DNA from: Candidatus Poribacteria bacterium
Lineage (GTDB): Bacteria > Poribacteria > WGA-4E > WGA-3G
Reading direction: 5' to 3'
DNA length: 64,000 nt
Assembly (NCBI GenBank): GCA_965242965.1
Contig: OZ251518.1
Span: forward strand, 864,001 to 928,000
A program made the position numbers and the translations under genes. Numbering within the stretch: the stretch's first letter is position 1; every line of letters starts with the position of its first letter. Under the pieces are notes generated by a model, which was given only the letters and a program-made list of their open reading frames with translations, searched no databases and had not been told where the DNA came from. This document shows, in pieces, positions 52,860 through 64,000 of the stretch.

Positions 52860-52919
52860 GAAAAAAGCATTCAGGAAATTGGAAAATTGCTTGACGCACG
52901 ATGGATTGAGGAGAAATAT

Positions 52920-54284
52920 ATGGCAAATACACAAAAACCTAACGTCCTTGTCTTTTTTACAGACCAGCAGCGGTGGGATACTTCTGGATTACACGGCAAT
53001 CCACTGGATCTGATGCCGAACTTTGACCGGATGGCGCAGCGGGGGACGCACGTTCACCGTGCCTTCACGTGTCAGCCGGTGTGCGGACCGGCGCGTTCCT
53101 GCTTGCAGACAGGGCTCTATGCTACGCGCACCGGATGCTTCCGCAACGGCATCCCGTTATCGCCAAACCTGAAAACGCTCGCGCACCACTTCGGTGAGGC
53201 AGGATATGCCACCGGCTATATCGGCAAGTGGCACCTCTATAGTGGGCGCGGCAAGGGCCCGGGACCTGTCCCTGCCGGGCATCGCGGCGGGTATGATTAC
53301 TGGTTAGCCTCCAACACGCTGGAGTTCACGTCCGATGCTTACCAGACGACGCTTTACGATAACGACGAACAGCCGGTGGATTTGCCCGGCTATCGCGTAG
53401 ACGCGCTCACCGATGCCGTGATCCGGTATATTGATAACCATAAGCAGGAGCCGTTTTATCTGTTTACCTCTTACATTGAGCCGCATCACCAGAACCATTT
53501 GGACGATTATCCGCCGCCAGATGGATATCGGGAACGGTATACGGGGAAGTGGATTCCGCCGGACCTCGCCGCGCTGGGCGGCTCAACGCACCAGCACCTC
53601 GGCGGCTACTACGGCATGGTGAAACGGCTCGATGAAGCATTGGGACGCATCTTGGACGCGCTCAAGAGTCTCAACCAGCTTGATAACACGATTCTCCTCT
53701 TCACGTCAGACCACGGGTGTCACTTCAAAACCCGCAACGGCGAGTATAAGCGTTCGTGCCACGAAAGTTCCATTCGCGTGCCGACAGCGTTTCACGGGCC
53801 GGGGTTCATCAACGGCGGGCAAATCCAAGAACTAGTTAGCCTCGTCGATCTGCCGCCAACGCTGTTAGATGCCGCGGGCTTGGAAGTGCCGGGTGAGATG
53901 CAGGGACGTTCCATCATGCCGCTCCTAAGTGGTGATAACACTGAGTGGCCGGAAGAGGTCTTCGTGCAAATTAGCGAGGCGCAAGTAGGACGCGCGGTGC
54001 GAACACAACGCTGGAAGTATGGCGTTGATGCACCGGAGAAAAACGGCGGCAGGGACGCAGGTTCGTCGCATTATGTAGAGCAATACCTCTACGATTTGCA
54101 GGCGGATCCTTATGAATTGCGGAACCTCATCGGTTTGCAATCACATGAGATTGTGACGGAGGTGATGCGGGAACGGCTCATCCGCAGGATGCTTGAGGCG
54201 GGTGAAGAGGCACCGACAATCGGAAAGGCACCTACGCAGCGAAGTGGGCAACGCAGCGTTACTGAAGCAGAGGCAAGGAGTTGA
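52920..54284 (+). CDS. formylglycine-dependent (Cys-type) sulfatase
   Basis: PNVLVFFTDQQR, CGPARSCLQTG (CxPxR), GYATGYIGKWHL and TSDHG. Confidence 0.93.
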   Translation: MANTQKPNVLVFFTDQQRWDTSGLHGNPLDLMPNFDRMAQRGTHVHRAFTCQPVCGPARSCLQTGLYATRTGCFRNGIPLSPNLKTLAHHFGEAGYATGYIGKWHLYSGRGKGPGPVPAGHRGGYDYWLASNTLEFTSDAYQTTLYDNDEQPVDLPGYRVDALTDAVIRYIDNHKQEPFYLFTSYIEPHHQNHLDDYPPPDGYRERYTGKWIPPDLAALGGSTHQHLGGYYGMVKRLDEALGRILDALKSLNQLDNTILLFTSDHGCHFKTRNGEYKRSCHESSIRVPTAFHGPGFINGGQIQELVSLVDLPPTLLDAAGLEVPGEMQGRSIMPLLSGDNTEWPEEVFVQISEAQVGRAVRTQRWKYGVDAPEKNGGRDAGSSHYVEQYLYDLQADPYELRNLIGLQSHEIVTEVMRERLIRRMLEAGEEAPTIGKAPTQRSGQRSVTEAEARS

Positions 54285-54285
54285 T

Positions 54286-55431
54286 ATGAAAATTACAGAT
54301 GTCAAAACCCTCGTGATGGGGACGAGTTGGCGCAATCTTACCTTCGTTAAGGTAGAAACCGATGAAGGCGTGACAGGCATCAGCGAAGTGCGGATGAATA
54401 ACCGCACCGATGCGCTCGTCGCTTATTTAGACGGCGTGAAGAAACGGCATGTCATTGGCTGCGATCCGTTCAATACGGAAGACCTTTATCAACGGATGTT
54501 TCGCAACGACTATGGCCGCGCCGGTGAAATCGTGGCTACCGGCATTAGCGTTGTGGAAATCGCTTGTTGGGATATTATCGGCAAGGTGCTTAATCAACCT
54601 GTCTATCGCCTGCTCGGCGGCGCGTGCCGCAACGAGATCAAGGCGTATGCAAACGGCTGGTATCGCGTTGAACGCGAGCCGGCAGAGTTTCACGCCGCCG
54701 CGAAAAGGGTGCTGGAGAAAGGCTACAAGGCACTTAAGTTCGATCCGTTCGGTGCGGGCTACTACGAACTCTCTTATGAAGAGAAGTTGAAGTCGGTATC
54801 CCTCGTCGAAGCGGTGCGCGATGCCGTCGGTGCTGACGTTGAGATTCTGGTTGAGATGCACGGCAGGTTTAGTCCCTATACCGCCATCGAAATCTCGGCG
54901 GAATTGGAGCAGTTCAAGCCGAGTTGGGTAGAGGAGCCGGTGCCGCCGGATAATATTGCCGCGCTCGCAAAGGCGGCGGATAAAATTAATCTACCTGTCG
55001 CTACCGGCGAACGCCTCCACAACAAGTATGAATACCGCGAGCTGATTAACCTGCAGGCGGCGGACATCTTGCAACCGGACATTACGCAGACAGGCGGCTT
55101 TTCTGAAACCAAGAAAATCGCGGCGATGGGGGACATGTGCTATATGACTGTGGCACCGCACAACGTCGGCGGGCCTGTCTCTACAGCGACGGCTCTCCAT
55201 TTCGCCGCGTCCACGCCGAATTTCAAGATTCAGGAGCATTTCAACGATTTCTCCGAGGCGTGGGTGAAGGAGGCGGCGACCGGCTGTCCGGAAGTCATTG
55301 ACGGCTATTTCAGTCTTCCCGACGGACCCGGCCTCGGCATGGAATTGAACGAGGAGCTCATCGCTGAGCATCCTTATCGCGAGGGTTCGTTCAATCTCTG
55401 GGAAGAGGATTGGCATAAGCGGGAGTATTAA
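54286..55431 (+). CDS. mandelate racemase / galactonate dehydratase-like enolase superfamily protein
   Basis: WDIIGK..QPVYRLLGG, YANGWY, KALKFDP, EMHGR, EEP, ATGE and QPD; AAGGAG RBS. Confidence 0.9.
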   Translation: MKITDVKTLVMGTSWRNLTFVKVETDEGVTGISEVRMNNRTDALVAYLDGVKKRHVIGCDPFNTEDLYQRMFRNDYGRAGEIVATGISVVEIACWDIIGKVLNQPVYRLLGGACRNEIKAYANGWYRVEREPAEFHAAAKRVLEKGYKALKFDPFGAGYYELSYEEKLKSVSLVEAVRDAVGADVEILVEMHGRFSPYTAIEISAELEQFKPSWVEEPVPPDNIAALAKAADKINLPVATGERLHNKYEYRELINLQAADILQPDITQTGGFSETKKIAAMGDMCYMTVAPHNVGGPVSTATALHFAASTPNFKIQEHFNDFSEAWVKEAATGCPEVIDGYFSLPDGPGLGMELNEELIAEHPYREGSFNLWEEDWHKREY

Positions 55432-55434
55432 TGT

Positions 55435-56210
55435 GAGCGTGCCTATTCCGTGCCTATTCCGTAGGGCGAGGGCCTGTCCCTCGCCATCGCTCGCACAATC
55501 CAACAATCGCGGGGGACAGGCCCCCGCGCTACGGTGAAAAAAACGGTTTTTATTACCGTCGCGGAGGACAGGCCCCCGCGCTACGATGGAAAAACGCCAC
55601 CCTTCACCGTAGGGCGAGGGCCTGTCCCTCGCCAGGCCGGGTCACAAAGACAATGTTAATTATCGTAGGGCGAGGGCCTGTCCCTCGCCATGCCTAATGT
55701 CCCCAAACCCCGTTTTGACTGTTTTTCCGAAACGGAATTATTTCGGTTTCCGCGGCGATCGCGGCACGACGAGGGACAGGCCCTCGTCCTACGGTTAAAA
55801 GCAGCCATCTCGGTTTCCCCGGCGCGCGGCACGACGAGGGACAGGCCCTCGTCCTACGGTTAATTGAGGGTGTTTCATAAATCCGCATCGGGCCCACCTC
55901 TGTAGTTCGGGAGCGCCCGCTCCCGAACGGGTCAGGATCAGGCGATCCTGACCTACAGGGGGTGATGCGGTCTGACAGCAAAAACGCACGACGAGGGACA
56001 GGCCCTCGTCCTACGGTGAAGGGCAGCGGTAGGAGAGACCTCCCGGTCTCGATTTTCGCGGCGATCGCGGCACGACGAGGGACAGGCCCTCGTCCTACGG
56101 TTAATTGAGGGTGTTTCATAAATCCGCATCGGGCCCACCTCTGTAGTTCGGGAGCGCCCGCTCCCGAACGGGTCAAGATCAGGCGATCTTGACCTACGAA
56201 GGGCCGCGCC
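55435..56210. repeat. composite REP-like hairpin cluster with an internal ~130-bp direct duplication
   Basis: GACGAGGG/CCCTCGTC variant four times; ~55826-55957 is repeated at ~56067-56198. Confidence 0.9.
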
Positions 56211-56217
56211 AATTTGA

Positions 56218-57513
<1,296 letters not shown>

Positions 57514-57514
57514 T

Positions 57515-58075
57515 TGCCTGGAGCAGGATTTGAAGCAGGATTTTCAAGATTTCGCACGATTTCGCAAGATTATAGGTTTTGATGGGTCGAATAGCTCGTG
57601 GCGTGCCAAAACCGCGCCGGCGCATCGGAGACCTAATCCTGGTAAATCTTGTATAATCGTGAGAATCCTGCTCCGGATTTGCAAGATTAGGGGTTTTTAT
57701 TCCGCCGAAACGTCTCTTTAGGTCTGTAAGACCTTAATGTCTATAGCGCGCAGCGACGCGAAGATGGCTAAGGTCTGTAAGACCTTAATGTGTTTGTAGT
57801 TATCCAAATCGCGCCGCCTTCACCGTAGTGCGAGGGCCTGTCCCTCGCAAGGCGGATAGCCAGAGCCGCCCCCTTCCACCGTAGCGCGAGGAGAAGGCGC
57901 GCCTACTGCATCGAGACCGGGAGGTCTCTCCTACCGCTCCATTCCACCGTAGTGCGAGGGCCTGTCCCTCGCAATGCAGATGGCCAGAGCCGCCCCCATT
58001 CCACCGTAGCGCGGTGGGAAAACCTGTCCCTCGCAATGCGATGAGTTCACGGGGGACAGGCCCCCGTGCTGTGTT
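57515..58075. repeat. composite repeat cluster (GATTT-periodic repeat, partial 175-bp element, REP hairpins)
   Basis: CAGGATTT/AATCCTG inverted unit at 57517-57677, AGGTCTGTAAGACCT twice and GTAGTGCGAGGG variant hairpins. Confidence 0.85.
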
Positions 58076-58094
58076 CAAGGAAATCTCGCTCATC

Positions 58095-59102
58095 TTACAA
58101 CCACTTCTCCAAAAACGCAATCCCGGGCTCTACATCAATCTCATGCTCACCAAGGAAATGATCGAGGACGAGATTCTCCCGTTTGCCAGAGGCGGCGTAG
58201 ATACCGTCTAAATGCCCGAACGCCGCCACCGCATCTTCGACAATAAAACATTTATCATAAGAGCCGACTTGCACCATGCAAGGACGCGGTGCGATGAGCC
58301 CTGCCACATCGGCGATGTCACCGTGCTTTCGCAGCCCGAACATAAACTGCGAGCCGCACGTATTGCCGCGGCCCCTGTCGTTCAGCGCATCTGTCAAAGT
58401 GCTCAGATAGCAGACGATTACCGCCGCCTTGACGCGCCGATCCAGCGCGGAAATATAGGTTGTCATCGTGCCGCCGAAGGAGCAGCCCATGCATCCCAAA
58501 CGCTTGCTGTCTACTTCTGGCATCGATTGCAGATAGTCAAGGCATCGCTGTCCATCGGAGATGTGGAGTTGGAGCAACTGATATCCAAAATAGCCGAGTG
58601 CGAGATAGGCGATGTTGCATCCGTCGCGTCCGGGGCGGCGTGCCCATTCGTCTCTATCCTTTCGTTCGCCGAAGCACCGCCAATCTGGTGCCATCGTGAC
58701 GAAGCCGCGCTTAGTCAGTTCCACGGCGTATTGCTTCTGATAATCCTCGACAATGCCGACTGCGCCATCTTTGCCAACGCCGTGTCCGTGTGCGCAAAGC
58801 ACTGCGGGTGCCGGGTTCGCCGCGCTCGCGCCATCAGGAATTAAGACATAGGCAGGGATAGAAGAGAACGCATCTGGGTTAAAGATAATCTTCTCCCGCG
58901 TGTAGCCGTCAAGTTGCGTCCGTTCCAGCGTTTCCACTTTGAGCGGCACCGCTTCCGGTTTCGGTCCCAGATGTTTCACTAGGTTGCGTCGGAATTTCCT
59001 GCGCCAGTCCTGCCATTCGGATTGCGTTGTGCCGTTGAAGTGGAGGGGTGGCGTTGTTTTGAGGAGGTGTTGGACGCTTTGTTCTGTGGTTAGGAATCTC
59101 AT
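58095..59102 (-). CDS. alpha/beta hydrolase (dienelactone hydrolase / acetylxylan esterase-like)
   Basis: PAVLCAHGHG, GCSFGG nucleophile elbow, IAPRP and C-terminal GEH. Confidence 0.85.
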   Translation of the reverse strand: MRFLTTEQSVQHLLKTTPPLHFNGTTQSEWQDWRRKFRRNLVKHLGPKPEAVPLKVETLERTQLDGYTREKIIFNPDAFSSIPAYVLIPDGASAANPAPAVLCAHGHGVGKDGAVGIVEDYQKQYAVELTKRGFVTMAPDWRCFGERKDRDEWARRPGRDGCNIAYLALGYFGYQLLQLHISDGQRCLDYLQSMPEVDSKRLGCMGCSFGGTMTTYISALDRRVKAAVIVCYLSTLTDALNDRGRGNTCGSQFMFGLRKHGDIADVAGLIAPRPCMVQVGSYDKCFIVEDAVAAFGHLDGIYAASGKRENLVLDHFLGEHEIDVEPGIAFLEKWL

Positions 59103-59132
59103 GGGGTTTGTCTCCGTGTTGATTTTCGTGAT

Positions 59133-59764
59133 TGTCTGGAGCAGGATTTCCAAGATTTCCAGGATTTGCAGGATTAGAGGGCTCTTGGCGAGGCAAATCA
59201 GCTTTCCTACCGTAGCGCGGGGGCCTGTCCCCCGCGATCTACCAACCTATGCGGAAAACGTCCGCAACCCAGAGACTACGGATGTTTGCTGCTAAGATCG
59301 GCGCATGGCGAGGGACAGGCCCTCGCACTACGTACCATGCGGCGATTGCCTATTTCTTACCGTAGCGCGGGGGCCTGTCCCCCGCGAGCCTCTTGTTGTC
59401 TGGAGCAGGATTTCCAAGATTTACACGATTTACACGATTATCTCCCGCGCAACGAGCATTCCTTTTGCAATGGATGCCTCTTAGGTCCTTTAGGACCTAC
59501 ATGTCTATAGAAAAACAGACATGCCCCCGTTTTCAAGGTCTGCTAGGACCTTAATGAAACGAGACATACGGCACAACTACACATTAAGGTCCTACGGACC
59601 TTAGGTTCATCGTGTCGCGAGGAGCTATAGACATTAAGGTCTTACAGACCTTAGGCATAGCGAGGGACAGGCCTTCGCCCTACGTGAAAGGGCGGCGTTT
59701 TTTCACCGAATCGCAGGTGCCTGTCACCGCGACGTTGAGCGAATTATGAAACACTCGCAATTAA
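59133..59764. repeat. composite repeat cluster
   Basis: GATTT-periodic units, REP hairpins, 174-bp element at 59481-59654 and boundary motif at 59744-59764. Confidence 0.85.
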
Positions 59765-59829
59765 CCTGAATCGTTCGGGCTCGCTCAATGCCGAACTAGA
59801 GGCGCGAGACGTATCAAGTTAATTTCATA

Positions 59830-60225
59830 TCACACAGTGCCATCCATAGGTTCTAAGGCAAGCATGTCCTCGGTATACGCATTGACATCGTCGTTGACAA
59901 CGGCGCGATCTACGCAGACGCGGGTGTGAAACCCTAACCCCGTGAGAATTTCAAATAAATTATCTAGGGACAGCGCGTGCTTTGCCTCAAGCGTTCTGTA
60001 GAGACGTTGCAAGCTGCCATTTGTGCGCGCTGCCAATTTCTCAACCCCGCCCTGTGCTTCAACTACCGTGCGGATGGCGTTGGCGAGGATTTCGGTATTG
60101 CCGTCCTTCTCATATTCCTCTAGAGAGACTTCCAGATAGTGCTTTGCAGACTCTGGGTTTGCGAGGAATTTGAGGAGGAAGTCGCTGAAGTTTCCGGTGC
60201 GCCGAAGAATGAAGTCATTGTTCAT
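59830..60225 (-). CDS. putative addiction module antidote (HTH) protein
   Basis: YLEVSLEE..AIRTVVEAQGGV..LA..LYRTL..LGF; overlaps the toxin stop; AGGAG RBS. Confidence 0.8.
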   Translation of the reverse strand: MNNDFILRRTGNFSDFLLKFLANPESAKHYLEVSLEEYEKDGNTEILANAIRTVVEAQGGVEKLAARTNGSLQRLYRTLEAKHALSLDNLFEILTGLGFHTRVCVDRAVVNDDVNAYTEDMLALEPMDGTV

Positions 60226-60556
60226 CAGCATTTCTCCTAAATTCATTCCAATAGTTTTGGGCTCTTGCAATATCGCGATGCTGCGTTCCTTTTGTTCCGC
60301 CGCAAAGCAAGATCACAACGTTGTTGCGAAAAACCCCGAAATAGATTCGATAGCCGGCCCCATAGTGGATCCTCAATTCATATAAGTTGCTATCTAACCT
60401 CTTGTAGTCGCCACGGTGTCCTTGCCGCAGACGCTCAATCCGCTCGGTAATGAGAGCCTGCACTTTGGTATCGCGAAGCTGCATGAACCATTGTTCAAAA
60501 GGATTGCGCCCCGCGGGTGTAAGATAGTAGAGGATCCTTCTCCGTTTCATTTGCAT
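60215..60556 (-). CDS. RelE/ParE-family addiction module killer toxin
   Basis: PFEQW..RIERL..G.GDYK..ELRIHYGAGYRIYF..LLCGG.K.TQ..DI. Confidence 0.88.
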   Translation of the reverse strand: MQMKRRRILYYLTPAGRNPFEQWFMQLRDTKVQALITERIERLRQGHRGDYKRLDSNLYELRIHYGAGYRIYFGVFRNNVVILLCGGTKGTQHRDIARAQNYWNEFRRNADEQ

Positions 60557-60562
60557 GTTTTA

Positions 60563-60591
60563 AGTATAAAATATTTTTAGCAAATTGTCAA
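60563..60591 (-). promoter_or_regulatory. sigma70-type promoter, leaderless TA operon
   Basis: Minus strand TTGACA-17 bp-TATACT; ATG 6 nt downstream. Confidence 0.65.
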
Positions 60592-61103
60592 ACGAGGTCC
60601 GGAGGCGGCATCGCGGCTGTTGTCTGAATCAGGATTTGCAGGATCATGTCTACAGTAAAGACATTTCTGCAGGAAGAAGGACGATTAGGAAAACCTGATT
60701 GTCTTGACAGGCGTAACCCTGCAGAGATGACCATTTATAGGATTTGCAGGATTAGGGGTTTTGTTGAAGCAAACTTCCTTCCCTCGTAGAGCAGGAGCCT
60801 GTCTCCGGTGCCCGTAGTCACCTTGCGAGGGACAGGCACTCTCGCTACGAGGCTGAGGGACGGTTTCAGCAACGCAATTTTCTCTCGCGTAGTTTCGGGC
60901 TCTCCCGATTTCAGTCAAGTCAGGCTCAGGAAGTCTTGACTTATAAATGAATTTGATATAACCGCCCACGAACTAATAGGAAAAGTGCAACGATTTTCAT
61001 GATAATCCTCCGTGATAGTCAGCAGGAATCCGCACCTGCCCCTATCAGATGTGTCATGCAGGGACATCCGTGTGTCCCCGCATGACTGACTAGAGCAACT
61101 TCG

Positions 61104-61345
61104 TCAGTGGTGAAGAAGTTTATTCAACTCTTCAGTTGCCGAGAGGATCGTTTTTTCGTTTTCACGAATCGCCTTATCCAACTCAATTGCTGTCTCGGCA
61201 GAACACTCCTCGGCGTAGAATTTTTTTTCTTGAGGAGTTCGTTCCGCTTTTCGGCTTCATCAATAACGCGCTGAGCATTCTTACGAACATCATCGCGTAT
61301 TTCACCAGCCTCTTTTATGAGCTGGTTCATCTGACTGCGTCCCAT
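61104..61345 (-). pseudogene. small coiled-coil protein apparently frameshifted at an A8 run
   Basis: GAGG RBS. A shift at 61221-61228 gives ...LLKKK-FYAEECSAETAIELDKAIRENEKTILSATEELNKLLHH*, which continues the acidic coiled-coil character. Confidence 0.45.
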
Positions 61346-61649
61346 GAGTTTACCTCTTTTTGAATTTCTTGGAGTTGATCGGTATTGTTCAATTGCAAGT
61401 TCCGGGTTTGACGCGAATAAAATCGGCGCGTCATGATTTACTAAGCGCGATACGGCACGTTCATTCGCGCGCCGCTATAAGTCCGAGTGCCGCCCCGACG
61501 ACGCGACAGAGGCGATTCACGAACTCGCACTATTGACAACAGTTAATAGGATACCACAAAAAACACAATTTTGCAAACAAAAAATGTTCGCGAGATTTTG
61601 TTGACAGGATTTTCGAGAAAACTCTCCGGTCTCAAGTGAAGGGAGTTTG

Positions 61650-61895
61650 TCATTCTTCTCCCCGTATCGCCTTCCCCAATTCCCGGACCCTGTCCAATAT
61701 GAACTGCCACAAAATTTTGGGAATCAGGATAACATGTACCAAAAATGCGGCGAAGATTGCAAAGGCAAAATGTTTACCTTCAAGATCACTAGAATAATTA
61801 TTTGCATCGGCAATCAACAGGACCAAAATAAAAATTGCTATTGATCCTACAATTGCGGTAACAATCCTTTTGTTGCTATAGAACCTATTGTTCAC
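61650..61895 (-). CDS. small two-TM membrane protein
   Basis: GAGGA RBS with GTG start, two hydrophobic helices and low GC. Confidence 0.6.
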   Translation of the reverse strand: MNNRFYSNKRIVTAIVGSIAIFILVLLIADANNYSSDLEGKHFAFAIFAAFLVHVILIPKILWQFILDRVRELGKAIRGEE

Positions 61896-62071
61896 GTTTT
61901 TACTTCCTCGCTATTCTGAAAAGTGAGGAATAGGCCTTGCCACCCCGTTTCCCCTTCGTCAACCTCACTTAATCATTAAGCGAGGTTCTGCGGAAAACCC
62001 GTCCTTAAACGGTTTCGCCATCGGCGATTTTTAATAAGATACCATGTGATAACAAAAAAGTCAACCGTTTT

Positions 62072-62680
62072 TTAGACAATCTCATCAATCGCTTCACAAA
62101 CGTCTTCAATGAAATCGACCGCCTGCTCCGAATCAGCAGCAGAAATCGGCCAACGAATCGCAGGCTGACCTGGGGAGCTCGGGGCCCAGTCTGCCTCATG
62201 CGCAATCTGATTTCGGCGATCGACGATGGCAAGGAGCCGATTTTTTACCTCTGGAACGGTTGAATTAAGTTTCGCAGCGACAGATGGCCACAACTCACAT
62301 CCGGAAAAGAGCCGCACTGCATCGGCTATCTTGTCGGGGCGTTGGAATGCCTGATATCCATGCTTTTCGCGAATCTCCTCCTCAAGCCACTCATTACGTC
62401 CCGGTCGGACAATTGCTTTTATCACTGCATCCATGGCGACTTGGAAGCGCGAGAAGGCGTTCGTCTGCGGACGTTTCCCATCGTATCCCTCTAACATACC
62501 GATGCGTGTGATTTCGTGGATGTAGAGATCCATCGCGCTGACGGCCAAAACGATTTGCGAGCGGAGGAGATCTGTCAAATCCACAGCAGGGGTTGTCAAT
62601 TGCCCGAAGGCGTGATAGAGACCGCCGAGGGCGCGAACCCGTTCCATATTTTCTCTGAATTGCTTGATAGGGTTATTCAT
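62072..62680 (-). CDS. HEPN domain protein (RiboL-PSP/MAE_28990-like)
   Basis: DLLRSQIVLAVSAMDLYIHE helix and RRNQIAH (RxxxxH) motif. Confidence 0.8.
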   Translation of the reverse strand: MNNPIKQFRENMERVRALGGLYHAFGQLTTPAVDLTDLLRSQIVLAVSAMDLYIHEITRIGMLEGYDGKRPQTNAFSRFQVAMDAVIKAIVRPGRNEWLEEEIREKHGYQAFQRPDKIADAVRLFSGCELWPSVAAKLNSTVPEVKNRLLAIVDRRNQIAHEADWAPSSPGQPAIRWPISAADSEQAVDFIEDVCEAIDEIV

Positions 62681-63779
62681 CTTTTGTTAGTGCGATGATC
62701 CGCTCCGCGCCTGCAGCGAAGAGTTCGCGAAACTTCAGCATCGCCTCCTTGGTATTTTCGAGAGCGTTTCCAGTTCGTCCGATTTGCGCATCAGTCAAAT
62801 CGAAAACCGGGGCTTTATGCTCTTGTGAAAGCGCGATGAGACTGTTGAAGTCTGACATCTGAAGGAGCGGCCGTGCTATGACCAGATTCGGAAATAGAAG
62901 CGGTAATAAGAGAGGGATAGGTTCTTCGGCATCTGAGGCAATCTGGCTTGCCTCTTCATATCGTTCTACCGGAAGTAGCATGTCGTTTTCCCTTAACGCA
63001 GGGATGAGTTTTGTCTCAATTCCATCTCTGATTTTGTCAATCCACCTTTGAAAGGCGGCAGCAGGAATCCCCTCCCTGACGCGATAATTCTGGATTATCG
63101 TTCCGAGAAACTTGGGCGACTTATCAGGGAACGGATAAATCGCATCTTGTAAGAGAGATGAGGCTTTCACGTGCTTTGCCCACCCTGACCACTTCGGCAG
63201 GAAAGAGGCGAGGCTCTCCGTTGCCATGGCAGAGAAGTAGTCCGGAAACATTGGCACGATGAAATAGTCGCATGTCATGAGCAGATTCTGGTTCATCGGT
63301 CCCACGCTTGGGCTCATGTCAACCAAGATAAAATCGGCATCATATTCTTCCGCGGTTTGCTGGAAAAGATAGTGAAGAGAGCCCGGCAAATTCTTGAGGG
63401 TGACGAGAGAGCCAGACAGTTCTTGGGCAATGCCCAAAGTGACTTCGTATTCGGCGAGCCTGATGTGCCCTGGCAGCAGATACATGTTCGGTTGAGATTT
63501 AACCTGCGCGCAGACTACCGGTTTAATGACCACTGGCCGCGATTCAAAAGCGGGGGAAAGTCCATCGCGGATATCCCGAACCTCTTCGGACTCGTAAATC
63601 AATTCAAAATCTCTGGCACCCCTGAAACCGAGCACCATGCCGGTGAGGTTACACTGCGGATCGCAGTCAACGATGATAACCTTCTTTCCTTTGTTGGCGA
63701 GCATCCAGCCGAGGTTGAAGGTAGTCGTCGTCTTGCCGACTCCGCCTTTATGGTTGAAAAGCGCGATCTGTTTTGCCAT
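62673..63779 (-). CDS. ParA/Soj-like ATPase (conflict-associated type)
   Basis: FNHKGGVGKTT deviant Walker A, VDCDPQCNLT, ILVDMSP and FIVPMFPDYFS. Confidence 0.88.
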   Translation of the reverse strand: MAKQIALFNHKGGVGKTTTTFNLGWMLANKGKKVIIVDCDPQCNLTGMVLGFRGARDFELIYESEEVRDIRDGLSPAFESRPVVIKPVVCAQVKSQPNMYLLPGHIRLAEYEVTLGIAQELSGSLVTLKNLPGSLHYLFQQTAEEYDADFILVDMSPSVGPMNQNLLMTCDYFIVPMFPDYFSAMATESLASFLPKWSGWAKHVKASSLLQDAIYPFPDKSPKFLGTIIQNYRVREGIPAAAFQRWIDKIRDGIETKLIPALRENDMLLPVERYEEASQIASDAEEPIPLLLPLLFPNLVIARPLLQMSDFNSLIALSQEHKAPVFDLTDAQIGRTGNALENTKEAMLKFRELFAAGAERIIALTKDE

Positions 63780-63812
63780 TGCAATTCTCCGATTGAGAGT
63801 TGTTTTGTGTTA

Positions 63813-63841
63813 ATTTTATCATGAATTGTTGTTGATGTCAA
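63813..63841 (-). promoter_or_regulatory. sigma70-type promoter of the ParA-HEPN operon
   Basis: Minus strand TTGACA-17 bp-TAAAAT with TG extension. Confidence 0.7.
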
Positions 63842-63855
63842 GGGAAAATTGTGAA

Positions 63856-64000
63856 TTAATAGAGGGCGTTTCATATCTTGATGGCTTCCCCGTAGGAGAG
63901 ACCTCCTGGTCTCGATGCAATACCGTAGGAGAGTCCTCCTTGTCTCAATATCGTCCGCGCAACCCAACGATCGCGGGGGACAGGCCCCGCGCTACGAAAA
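63856..64000. repeat. composite REP-like hairpin cluster (runs off window)
   Basis: Boundary motif at 63856, then GTAGGAGAGACC hairpins and a CCTGT-loop hairpin. Confidence 0.85.

Noticed and set aside
61950-62030. Canonical c-di-GMP-I riboswitch call
   Set aside because: Only loose similarity, with no GNRA tetraloop or receptor. Kept only as an unassigned structured leader.
62673-63779. Chromosome partition locus or replication origin
   Set aside because: No parB, parS or dnaA nearby. The protein is longer than Soj and is coupled to a HEPN gene.

Overview
A 64-kb bacterial chromosomal segment, most likely Candidatus Poribacteria or a relative. This is inferred from the secreted LamG and LRR/FN3/lamin-tail proteins with a KLxxxWxxLK C-terminal motif, a sulfatase and tandem TonB-dependent receptors. 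It carries housekeeping genes (purF, purM, rsmA, coaBC, gmk, lysA), a TonB/DUF5916/three-TBDR import cluster and catabolic enzymes. Candidate conflict or defence loci include an Rpn nuclease with a separately encoded duplicate of its C-terminus, a Type IIG restriction-modification fusion, an HNH-PIN fusion beside a frameshifted 1.1-kaa HEPN-like protein, a RelE-type TA pair and a ParA-HEPN pair. The most striking feature is non-coding. About 25 clusters, almost all intergenic (my estimate 10-11 kb, about one sixth of the window), are built from several families of GTAG-headed REP-like hairpins with compensatory stem changes and nested hairpins. They also contain a ~175-bp inverted-repeat element and a recurring ~20-bp boundary motif (TTAAnTGAGGGTGTTTCATAA) that faces outward at cluster edges. 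These repeats supply the stop codon of four genes and sit in frame inside a GNAT gene. I recognised no rRNA, tRNA, CRISPR array or RAYT/IS transposase. All family calls come from motifs read by eye, not database searches.
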